Below, one piece after another: positions 10,795 to 18,459 of a stretch of DNA of 63,112 nt (its first letter is position 1; each line of letters opens with the position of its first letter). A program made the translations under genes and the position numbers. Source of the DNA: Anaerolineae bacterium (GTDB lineage Bacteria > Chloroflexota > Anaerolineae > Anaerolineales > Villigracilaceae); NCBI GenBank assembly GCA_022616105.1, contig JAKEFL010000042.1, forward strand, positions 1-63,112, written 5' to 3'. A model generated the notes under the pieces. It was not told the origin of the DNA and made no database searches. It worked only from the letters and a program-made list of their open reading frames with translations.

Positions 10795-11955
10795 CTAATG
10801 GTTGTAGGTCAGCGCCTGGGCGGCAAGTGAAGCAACCTGAGCTTTGTCAACTTCAATGGGCGGGGAGACAAACGCGGTTCCATCGGCAAGGTCTTTTTGG
10901 ATGCGTTGATGTAGTTGTTCTACAAACTTGCCAGTTTGTGGGGCAAAAACGAACTTTTGGAACAGGCTGACTAACATAACGCGGATCGGCGTTCCACGCG
11001 GCTTGCCCCATAAATTAATTAAACGTGTTCCAACCTGGGTGGGCTCCAATTTGTATGTGATTGTAGTGGTTGTCCCGAAAGGGTTGGTGTCATCCGTCGT
11101 AAAATGCTCGAAGGGGCTCCAATCCAATATAAGTTGTTGGGTTTCCATATCGCCGTGGTAGCAGTAGAAAGCCGAATCGACCGCCGTACGTCCCTGTGCC
11201 TGGTTGCGAAGTTCCAGTTTGCTCGCTGCGAGCAGGATGGCGCGATATTCGGGCTTCGTCAGGTATTCCCACAAGATAGACGGAGGGACGGGGAACTCGA
11301 ACTCGAGAATAATGTTCGCATCTTCGGGTCGGACCTCGATCCGCACCGCGTCCTTCAATCGCTCCCACACTTTATGCATATCATGCACGTACATTTGCAC
11401 TTCCCCCACATCCGCGAAAGTCTCACGATGCGGGGTCAGGCTGTTTTGGAAATCTGCAAGCCCTAGGGCATCCATCACCGACTGTGTAAAAGCGGCGTAC
11501 GCTTTGAAGCCCGTTTTCTCTTTGATGTGATTCTTTGCCAAGCGATGCACCAAATTGACATCGTTCCCCACCAGTTCAGTGAAATTTCCCAATTTCTGGG
11601 TCATGTATGAACCGAAATGAACGAAGAACTTCAAGTCGAGATTGGGCAGGTTTCGGCAGGCATTGCAGGTGCAGGTGGTGTTGATCACCATCAGTTCCAA
11701 CGCCTTGCGGAAGGACGCATATGTGGATTCGATCATATCCAGCAGGCTTTGTCCCTGCAAAAAACCGCCTTCCGGGGCATACGAAAAAACAGCGTCGCCC
11801 TCCAGCTTGGAGAGGATCAAAGGGGATTTTGTGTGGTGAATCAACAAACTCAACAACTGGGTCAGGCTGTCGCGTGCGTGTTCAAGTTCCGACTCGTTGA
11901 CATACTTCGAATACCCTGTAATATCAGAAATGATCAAGAAGCCTTGCTGTGCCAT
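10795..11955 (-). CDS. DUF2652 (nucleotide-cyclase-like) domain fused to SRPBCC domain
   Basis: LIISDITGYS, KLEGDAVF, CTCNAC, LKFFVHFG, VNLVHRL.KN; C-terminal LWEYLT.P. Confidence 0.8.
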   Translation of the reverse strand: MAQQGFLIISDITGYSKYVNESELEHARDSLTQLLSLLIHHTKSPLILSKLEGDAVFSYAPEGGFLQGQSLLDMIESTYASFRKALELMVINTTCTCNACRNLPNLDLKFFVHFGSYMTQKLGNFTELVGNDVNLVHRLAKNHIKEKTGFKAYAAFTQSVMDALGLADFQNSLTPHRETFADVGEVQMYVHDMHKVWERLKDAVRIEVRPEDANIILEFEFPVPPSILWEYLTKPEYRAILLAASKLELRNQAQGRTAVDSAFYCYHGDMETQQLILDWSPFEHFTTDDTNPFGTTTTITYKLEPTQVGTRLINLWGKPRGTPIRVMLVSLFQKFVFAPQTGKFVEQLHQRIQKDLADGTAFVSPPIEVDKAQVASLAAQALTYNH

Positions 11956-12108
11956 GCCTCGGTTTATATCACACGTTAATGAAAAACGGTCTCGGACGCA
12001 ATGTCAAACCAATTCATGGGGTAATTAGCAGATTTTGGTTTCTTACCTTTTAATTTGTTAAACACTTGCTATATCTGTGAATGTCCCCGCGTCGTAATCA
12101 TTTTTTTG

Positions 12109-12552
12109 TTAGCCCGCTTCCAGCAATCGTTTTGCGGTCTCAAAATTGCTCCCGTCCCCTTTCTCAGAAAGCTTGCCAAACATGCCCTCGGCAAACTTCA
12201 ATATACCAGCGATTCCAAACTGGCTTTCAAAGGTCAGTTGCGTACCCTTCTCCTGTGGTGCAAGCGTAACTGCCGACTCGATACTTTCAATAGGGAACGC
12301 GAGCCTGACTGACTTATAACTGTAACGATGGGGCGGATCCCATTGGGTGATCTCGAACAGACCTTCTTTTTTGCCCCCAGGCATTTTAGCTAGTACTCTG
12401 TAAGTTGAACCGATACCAGGCACATCGCTGGATGTCCACTCTGCCGATTCGAAAACCGAATTCCATTTCGAAAGGTTGGCAGGATTACTCAAATAATCGA
12501 ATACGTCCCGCTGTGAACGGTTAATAAAAACGCTTAATGTGAACTTGTGCAT
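12109..12552 (-). CDS. SRPBCC (polyketide cyclase-like) family protein
   Basis: SVFINRS..DVFDYLSNPANLSKW; RBS AAAGGAG. Confidence 0.8.
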   Translation of the reverse strand: MHKFTLSVFINRSQRDVFDYLSNPANLSKWNSVFESAEWTSSDVPGIGSTYRVLAKMPGGKKEGLFEITQWDPPHRYSYKSVRLAFPIESIESAVTLAPQEKGTQLTFESQFGIAGILKFAEGMFGKLSEKGDGSNFETAKRLLEAG

Positions 12553-12884
12553 TACATATTCTCCTTTGGCTACCAAGATTGTAATCAAACACCAACGATT
12601 TCATTTGAGATAGTTGTCTGGTACAGGAGCATTGGCTGCTGGTCTCACTTTCCTTTCTCTGATAATCAATTGGTTATCACTTTAATTGTGTAATAGCGGG
12701 CTAGCTATGGCTTAAGCGGACTGTGTCCATATAAGACCCCGATTTGGGAGTGGTATGCATCATGTTTCCGCATAAGTACCTAGTATTACAACGAGATTTC
12801 ATATTACTACGAGACTTCGATTCTTACTACGAGATTTTAAGGTTTACACTCATGAGCGAGCCATCCAACAGAGAGGAGTTCGCC

Positions 12885-13049
12885 ATGAGTCCAAGAACCA
12901 AACACGCCCAGCGCCGGGCCACACGCAGACCCCCTGCCAGTGGACGCAAGCCCGCGGAGCGGATCAGTGCCGGAGATGTGAGTATGACTGTGGATGAATT
13001 GCAGACATTTCATCGTCAATGCCAACCGTTGTTTCAACGACGCGAACAG
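12885..13049 (+). pseudogene. N-terminal fragment of an IS701-like transposase
   Basis: ELQTFHRQCQPLFQRREQ resembles IS701-family N-termini; breaks off at 13049. Confidence 0.45.
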
Positions 13050-13277
13050 GTGGATTATGGTCCTCCCATTGGAAAGATATATATCTATTCACCAGAGGAT
13101 CTCATTCTTTATAAGCTCATGTACTTTGGACTTAGCCAGCAATCCAAACATTCTCGAGATGTCGCCGCGATTCTCAAATCAAAGAAAAACGAGCTTGACA
13201 TGGGCTATATCGAGCAATGGGCATCTCGATTAGAATTGAGTTCGCTTTGGAAAGAAATGCCTGACAACGTTTCTTGA
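13050..13277 (+). pseudogene. C-terminal fragment of a nucleotidyltransferase-like (TA-associated) gene
   Basis: SPEDLILYKL...RDVAAIL...LDMGYIEQWA.RL. Confidence 0.5.
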
Positions 13278-13545
13278 GATCCAGTAAGATACATAACGAA
13301 TGACGAACTTCAAAAAGTGGTATGAATGCCGTACTCGGAAATCAATTTTCGACCCAATAGAGGAGGTTGTAGGAACTGATTAGGTATGCCAAAAGTATGC
13401 CAATCACGTTAGCAGATGTAGGACAGATTGGACAAGATGTAATTTAGAGCCTAAAAAACCGCCAAAATATAGGAAAAAAAGGACAGAAAAGACAATAAAT
13501 ACAGGTTGGACTCAGAGTAAAACAAAAAATCTCATCCTAAGCTTT

Positions 13546-13588
13546 CTTTTAAGCCATTGGTTCAGGGTTCGAATCCCTGCGCGCTCAC
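13546..13588 (+). tRNA. tRNA-Lys(UUU) 3'-half fragment (att site), not a full tRNA
   Basis: CTTTTAA anticodon loop, T-arm CAGGG-TTCGAAT-CCCTG, acceptor 3' strand; no D-arm or 5' strand upstream. Confidence 0.8.
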
Positions 13589-13650
13589 TGATTTGGTTCA
13601 GCGCCTCCTCAGGGGAGATAATATTCGAAACCCTGCGCGCTCACAAAAAG

Positions 13651-13677
13651 AATCCTCATTGTGGAGGATTTTTGTTT
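13651..13677 (+). terminator. Intrinsic terminator after tRNA fragments
   Basis: AATCCTC-loop-GAGGATT followed by TTTGTTT. Confidence 0.65.
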
Positions 13678-13821
13678 GCCATCCTCTAATAAACTTTTTG
13701 CGAAAGTCCTTTCGCCACAGACTGCGCAAGCGCACAGAGAAAATGAGTTTTTCTCAAAGGTCTCAGTGGGCTCTGTGGCTAAGCAATGGCTTACTTATAA
13801 AAGAAGTCTGATTAAACAATA

Positions 13822-13854
13822 AAGTGAATGTCGATGGTGAATCGACATTCACTT
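13822..13854. repeat. Perfect 14-bp inverted repeat upstream of the response regulator
   Basis: AAGTGAATGTCGAT-GGTGA-ATCGACATTCACTT. Confidence 0.8.
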
Positions 13855-14049
13855 CAAAATAACTCCTTCCCCCTTTGCATCCCGCTTCCGAGCTTACGAA
13901 TAAATTCTTATATCATTGTATATTTGCTGGCATCGTTACTCAAGAGGCATTTGATTTTTCCACGTAGACATTTGTACTGATTTTTTGGAAAAGCCTTGAA
14001 ATAATATGTAATTTTTGCTAATCTTGAATTGTCTGGATGAGGAGGCGAA

Positions 14050-14736
14050 ATGGAAAATAAAATTCGCGTGACGATCCTGGATGACCATCAAAGTATTGTG
14101 GATGGATATCTATTCCGTTTGAGCAAAGTCCTCCAGATTGAAGTGATAGACACACTGAAGCATGGCGAAGATCTTGAGCCTGCGCTGAAGAAACAGGTCC
14201 CCGATGTGCTGCTTCTTGATGTGTATGTACCTGTATCAGCAGAAAACCAGAATCCCTACCCAATCCTTCAAATTATCCCTGATCTGCTCCAGCGCTATCC
14301 CGATCTTGTTATTCTGGTGATCAGCATGCATGCGGAGCGCGGCATCATCCGCGCAGTGATGGAGAGTGGCGCCAGTGGCTATATTCTCAAAGATGACCAG
14401 AAAACGATATTGGATTTGGGAAATGTGATTCTCTCAATTGCCAGTGGGGGAATCTACCTCAGCGAAAAGGCACATACGGTATATATGAAGAATCGCAATG
14501 CTGCAAGCGAGGAGCCTTTAACCGGCCGGCAGATGAAGGTGCTTTCATTATGTGCTGCATACCCGGACCATTCGACCAGTGAACTGGCGCGTGAGATGAA
14601 CGTGGCAAATTCAACGGTCCGCAACCTGCTCTCGGAAATGTATCTAAGGCTGGGGGTGCACAGCCGCGCAGCGGCTATTGCGAAGGCGCGTCAGTTGGGG
14701 TTGATCGCCCCGGATTCACCCCCATTGTCAATATAG
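14050..14736 (+). CDS. NarL/LuxR-family response regulator (ComA-like)
   Basis: ILDDH, VLLLDV, SMH, GASGYILKD receiver; C-terminal LT.RQ..VL...LAREMNVANSTVRN HTH; RBS AGGAGG. Confidence 0.9.
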   Translation: MENKIRVTILDDHQSIVDGYLFRLSKVLQIEVIDTLKHGEDLEPALKKQVPDVLLLDVYVPVSAENQNPYPILQIIPDLLQRYPDLVILVISMHAERGIIRAVMESGASGYILKDDQKTILDLGNVILSIASGGIYLSEKAHTVYMKNRNAASEEPLTGRQMKVLSLCAAYPDHSTSELAREMNVANSTVRNLLSEMYLRLGVHSRAAAIAKARQLGLIAPDSPPLSI

Positions 14737-14737
14737 T

Positions 14738-15670
14738 CTAAAGGGAAAGTCCCAGCGTGTCGAAGAGTCTATGCACGGGGGCAATGACGGCTTCGATAAC
14801 GGAATCAACTGCCCCTTTGTTTGGAAGCGGGGTTTTATCCAGAATATTTTGCGCGGCTCGATGCCTGCGAAGAAGTTGATCCACACAATAACTGACCGCA
14901 CCGCATCGTATCAAAATTTCCTGGGCTTCTCGTAAAGCATCTTCAGCAGATACCTTTTGATACAACTCCATAAATCTTTCGCGGTCCGGGTGCTCTACGG
15001 TTTGCGCGAAAAGGATCGGCAGAGGCTTTCGTCCTTGCAGCCAATCGGGGTTGGCGGGCATAGCCATCGTATCATTCAGGTCATCGTGGATCTGGATCAT
15101 CTCACCATACAGTTCTCCGAGTTTTCGTATTTCATTCGCTACATCATCTGTCGCTTCGCCAAATAATGCCCCGAGGTGAAACGCGCACCCATAGAACGGT
15201 GCGCTTTTATTTTCCACAACCTGCCAGTAGGATTTTTCATCAGATGGATTTTGGATATCCAACTCCTGACCAAACGCGGTGATGGACATCAGTTGACTCA
15301 GGCTTTTCACCGCCTCATGTCTGACCTTGGTGCTGGCTCTGTTCCCGAGGAGTGCCTCCACACCCGCAGCCTGGAAAGCGACCGCGAAGTTCGCAGCTCT
15401 GCCACTGCCAATGCGGTGATATTCCCCGCGCGGGTCATCATCCAGCATATCATCCACGAGGATGATGCTGATCTGCGCGCAGGCAAGCGCGGCGGAGGCG
15501 GGAATAGCCTTTTCAGGAGGTTCACCAAGAGCCTGGCAGGCGATGACCGGCAGTTCCCAATCGCGCGGGCGCGTGCACGCAGCGCGTCGTAGGATATTCC
15601 CCATCTCGTGCCACGAGTCAAAAACCGGAAAGGTTATAAGATAATCGACGGTTGATTGATATATATCCAT
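14738..15670 (-). CDS. Isoprenyl-diphosphate-synthase-fold protein, putative ComQ-like peptide Trp prenyltransferase
   Basis: DDMLD and DDLND Asp-rich motifs, GQELD, NKS; lacks GKRxRP and post-FARM RRG; directly downstream of a Trp-tailed peptide ORF. Confidence 0.75.
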   Translation of the reverse strand: MDIYQSTVDYLITFPVFDSWHEMGNILRRAACTRPRDWELPVIACQALGEPPEKAIPASAALACAQISIILVDDMLDDDPRGEYHRIGSGRAANFAVAFQAAGVEALLGNRASTKVRHEAVKSLSQLMSITAFGQELDIQNPSDEKSYWQVVENKSAPFYGCAFHLGALFGEATDDVANEIRKLGELYGEMIQIHDDLNDTMAMPANPDWLQGRKPLPILFAQTVEHPDRERFMELYQKVSAEDALREAQEILIRCGAVSYCVDQLLRRHRAAQNILDKTPLPNKGAVDSVIEAVIAPVHRLFDTLGLSL

Positions 15671-15685
15671 AACTACTCCAATTCA

Positions 15686-15750
15686 GACTGGTCGGGAATT
15701 TTCCCGACCAGTCCATTATTATTGTAATTATGCTGCGCCTGGGGCAGCAT
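15686..15750 (-). terminator. Two hairpins between peptide gene and prenyltransferase
   Basis: GACTGGTCGGGAA-TT-TTCCCGACCAGTC (15686-15713) and ATGCTGC-N7-GCAGCAT (15730-15750). Confidence 0.55.
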
Positions 15751-15761
15751 TTTGATTCTAC

Positions 15762-15908
15762 TCACCAGTCTTGCCAGCCCAGGTTGCTCATCAGAGCATT
15801 AGTTTGCTTGCGGTTGATCCGGGTGATTTTGGCAAGAGCCTCCTGATATGGTCCTTGAAGTTGGGAGGTAGAAGAAATTGAGGCATAGAAACCTTTCATT
15901 GTGTTCAT
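15762..15908 (-). CDS. Unannotated 48-aa ComX-like pheromone precursor MNTMKGFYASISSTSQLQGPYQEALAKITRINRKQTNALMSNLGWQDW
   Basis: Translated by hand; RBS AAGGAG 8 nt upstream; Trp at -4 and -1; lies between prenyltransferase and kinase. Confidence 0.8.
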   Translation of the reverse strand: MNTMKGFYASISSTSQLQGPYQEALAKITRINRKQTNALMSNLGWQDW

Positions 15909-16013
15909 CAGATTTGCTCCTTTTCATTATTGGGTTTTGTTCATTACGTATCTTGAATTGATATTATGGGTTTTCTTTCTTACCACCTCCTTGAATAGTT
16001 GATGAGTTAATGT

Positions 16014-18323
16014 ATGGTCGCGACTGGCAGCATCGAAAATTTGTCAAGTAAAATGAACCTGCGGAGAAACTCATTCTGGTCGGTTATTGAGAATGTATTG
16101 CCATGGTTTATCCTGGCCATCATGCTCTTTTACACATATGCCAAGTTCTTTGGGCATCCGTATGGTTTTCGCTGGCGTTCATCAACGGGCGTAATCGTAC
16201 ATGTGTTTGATGAGCAATCAGAGCCAACGCTGCAGGAGGGTGATCAAATCATTCAGATTGGTCCTTTGCTCTGGGATGAGTTTCGAGCCGACTTGCGAAA
16301 GACGTTCTTTGAGGGGGCCAAGCCCGGCGATGTTGTTCCAATCATCGTTGAGCGTGATGGCGATCTCGTGAATGTTTCCTGGGCCTATCCAGGATTTACC
16401 CGCAGGGAGTTTCTGGAGCAGTTTTATAGTGAATGGTTTATTGCATATTTATTCTGGCTGGCAGGCTTGCTGACCATTCTCCTCGTCCGCCCTAAAGATG
16501 ATCGTCGGCTGTTAATGGCGCTCTTCAATTTTCTAACCGCCATCTGGTTAATCGCTGGAAGCGGTGTTTCTGCATTTCACATTTGGAATAGCGCCTTGGT
16601 GCTACGCATGGCTATCTTACTGTGCGTGCCAGTTTATCTGCATCTGCACTGGGTATTTCCACAGCCTTTGGGTAAGATACCTGACAAAGTTATCTGGGCT
16701 GTTTACACGGTCACACTGTTTCTGGTTATCGCGCAATGGTTTCAACTTTTACCTAATAGTTTATATCTTTTGGGATTTATGGTTGCACTTGGGGGAAGTT
16801 TTATTCTGCTTCTTATTCATATTGTGCGTCAGCCCTTAGCACGACGTGATCTGCGATTTCTTTTTGTAGCAGTATTGTTAGCAATGGCTCTGGCAGTGAT
16901 ATGGCAAATCATCTATAGTCTTAATAAGTTGCCCTTGTGGTTTGGTAGTGGGGGATTGGTAGGCCTGCCGCTTCTTCCTCTTGCATACCTTTACTCTGCT
17001 TTCCGTCGTCGTTTAGGCGATTTGGAGCTACGTGTTAATCGCTTTTTCTCCCTTTACCTTTTTGTGATTTTGCTTGGCATTGTTGGGCTTCCTCTAATTG
17101 TTTTGCTTGAACAGATTATTCAAATTTCTGGCGAAGTTTTGACAATTAGTCTGATATCCGCTGTATTCACAGCCGCGGCGTTCATCGGGGGATATCCGGC
17201 TTTTGAGAATTTTGTTGAACGTCGCATTTTCGGCATCCCGCTGCCCTCCAAACACCTGTTGGAAATTTACTCAAATCGCATCACAACAAGCAATTCATTA
17301 TCAGAACTGGTTCGAGTCATTGAGGATGAGATCATTCCAAGTCTTCTGATCCGCCAGTTTATCTTTCTCCAATCTGATCATGGGTCGTTAAAGGTGCTTT
17401 CCAAAACAGGAGTGGACGAGGAGCAAATCCCCAAAGCGCAGGATGTACCCGACTTAATGACTCAAACCAATGTTTATCTTACCCCCGATCCCTTGAGTAA
17501 GGACTGGCCCTATTCATGGATTCGTCTCATTCTTCCTCTCAAGCTTGGCGCGGAGACGATTGGCTTTTGGCTCTTCGGGCGCCGTGACCCGGATGATATA
17601 TATTCCCAGTTGGAGATCCCAATAATAAAATCCCTGGCAAATCAGACTGCCGTCGCCTTAAGCAATATTCTGCAGACGGAACGTCTCAAGGCAATGTATG
17701 AGGCGAATATCGACCGCGATGAACAGGAAAGACTGCGTCTTTCGCGTGACCTGCATGACAGTATCCTGAACCAGATCGCAACCTTGCTAATGAGCACCGA
17801 TGCACCGGTATTTTCACCATCATTCCAAAAAGGATTTGAGGTCCTTACCGAAAGGTTAAGGGAGATCGTCAGCGATTTAAGATCGCCCATGCTGGATATG
17901 GGCTTGAAGCTGGCTTTTGAAGATATCGCGGACAAACTGACAGAAAGAAATCAGGATACAGTGAAGATCCTGGCCGATATTCAGGCGGATGGCGAATGCA
18001 GGTATCCTAAGAAAGTGGAGAGTCATTTGTATCGCATCATGCAGGAGGCATGTGAGAATACTTTGAAACATGCTCATGCAAAGACAATGAAGATCACTGT
18101 AAGGCTCTACCGTGAAAAAACGGAACTTCAAATTGAAGATGATGGGATTGGTTTCGATTCAGGAGCCAGCCCGAAACTGGACGATATGCTTGTAGGAAAG
18201 CATTTTGGTCTGGCAGGGATACATGAGCGGGCAAGCTTGATCGGCGCGGAAGTCCATATCCATTCAATGCCGGGGCAGGGCACGCGAATACAGGTGATAT
18301 GGGAGTCTAAGGATAATATTTGA
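16014..18323 (+). CDS. ComP-like membrane sensor histidine kinase (TM, PDZ-like, multi-TM, GAF-like, HisKA_3, HATPase)
   Basis: LQEGDQIIQIG...PGDVVPIIVERDG PDZ-like loop; many TM helices; RLSRDLHDS H-box; QEACENTLKHA, DDGIGF, HFGLAGIHERA. Confidence 0.9.
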   Translation: MVATGSIENLSSKMNLRRNSFWSVIENVLPWFILAIMLFYTYAKFFGHPYGFRWRSSTGVIVHVFDEQSEPTLQEGDQIIQIGPLLWDEFRADLRKTFFEGAKPGDVVPIIVERDGDLVNVSWAYPGFTRREFLEQFYSEWFIAYLFWLAGLLTILLVRPKDDRRLLMALFNFLTAIWLIAGSGVSAFHIWNSALVLRMAILLCVPVYLHLHWVFPQPLGKIPDKVIWAVYTVTLFLVIAQWFQLLPNSLYLLGFMVALGGSFILLLIHIVRQPLARRDLRFLFVAVLLAMALAVIWQIIYSLNKLPLWFGSGGLVGLPLLPLAYLYSAFRRRLGDLELRVNRFFSLYLFVILLGIVGLPLIVLLEQIIQISGEVLTISLISAVFTAAAFIGGYPAFENFVERRIFGIPLPSKHLLEIYSNRITTSNSLSELVRVIEDEIIPSLLIRQFIFLQSDHGSLKVLSKTGVDEEQIPKAQDVPDLMTQTNVYLTPDPLSKDWPYSWIRLILPLKLGAETIGFWLFGRRDPDDIYSQLEIPIIKSLANQTAVALSNILQTERLKAMYEANIDRDEQERLRLSRDLHDSILNQIATLLMSTDAPVFSPSFQKGFEVLTERLREIVSDLRSPMLDMGLKLAFEDIADKLTERNQDTVKILADIQADGECRYPKKVESHLYRIMQEACENTLKHAHAKTMKITVRLYREKTELQIEDDGIGFDSGASPKLDDMLVGKHFGLAGIHERASLIGAEVHIHSMPGQGTRIQVIWESKDNI

Positions 18324-18459
18324 TTGTTAAGGTTCTGAATTCAAGAAAATGATTGAGTAAATTGTTTTGCGCATCTAGTTTAAATAGAATTCGTTTACAA
18401 TCCATCAGGAATCACTTGAATTTATTTAAGTGTTGCTTATTTCTTTGACAGGATAAGGT

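Larger units (their letters stand above)
1..13588. mobile_element. Right arm of a decaying genomic island integrated at tRNA-Lys (left end and integrase outside window)
   Basis: Ends at a tRNA 3'-half duplication (13546-13588) preceded by arm-site-like direct repeats; contains many pseudogenes and a mosaic of GC content. Confidence 0.7.

Noticed and set aside
13500-13650. Intact tRNA gene
   Set aside because: Only the anticodon loop to 3' end is present; no D-arm or 5' acceptor strand.
15983-15992. Strong SD-like AAGGAGGTGG on the minus strand suggesting a second peptide gene
   Set aside because: No start codon at suitable spacing and no credible ORF follows.
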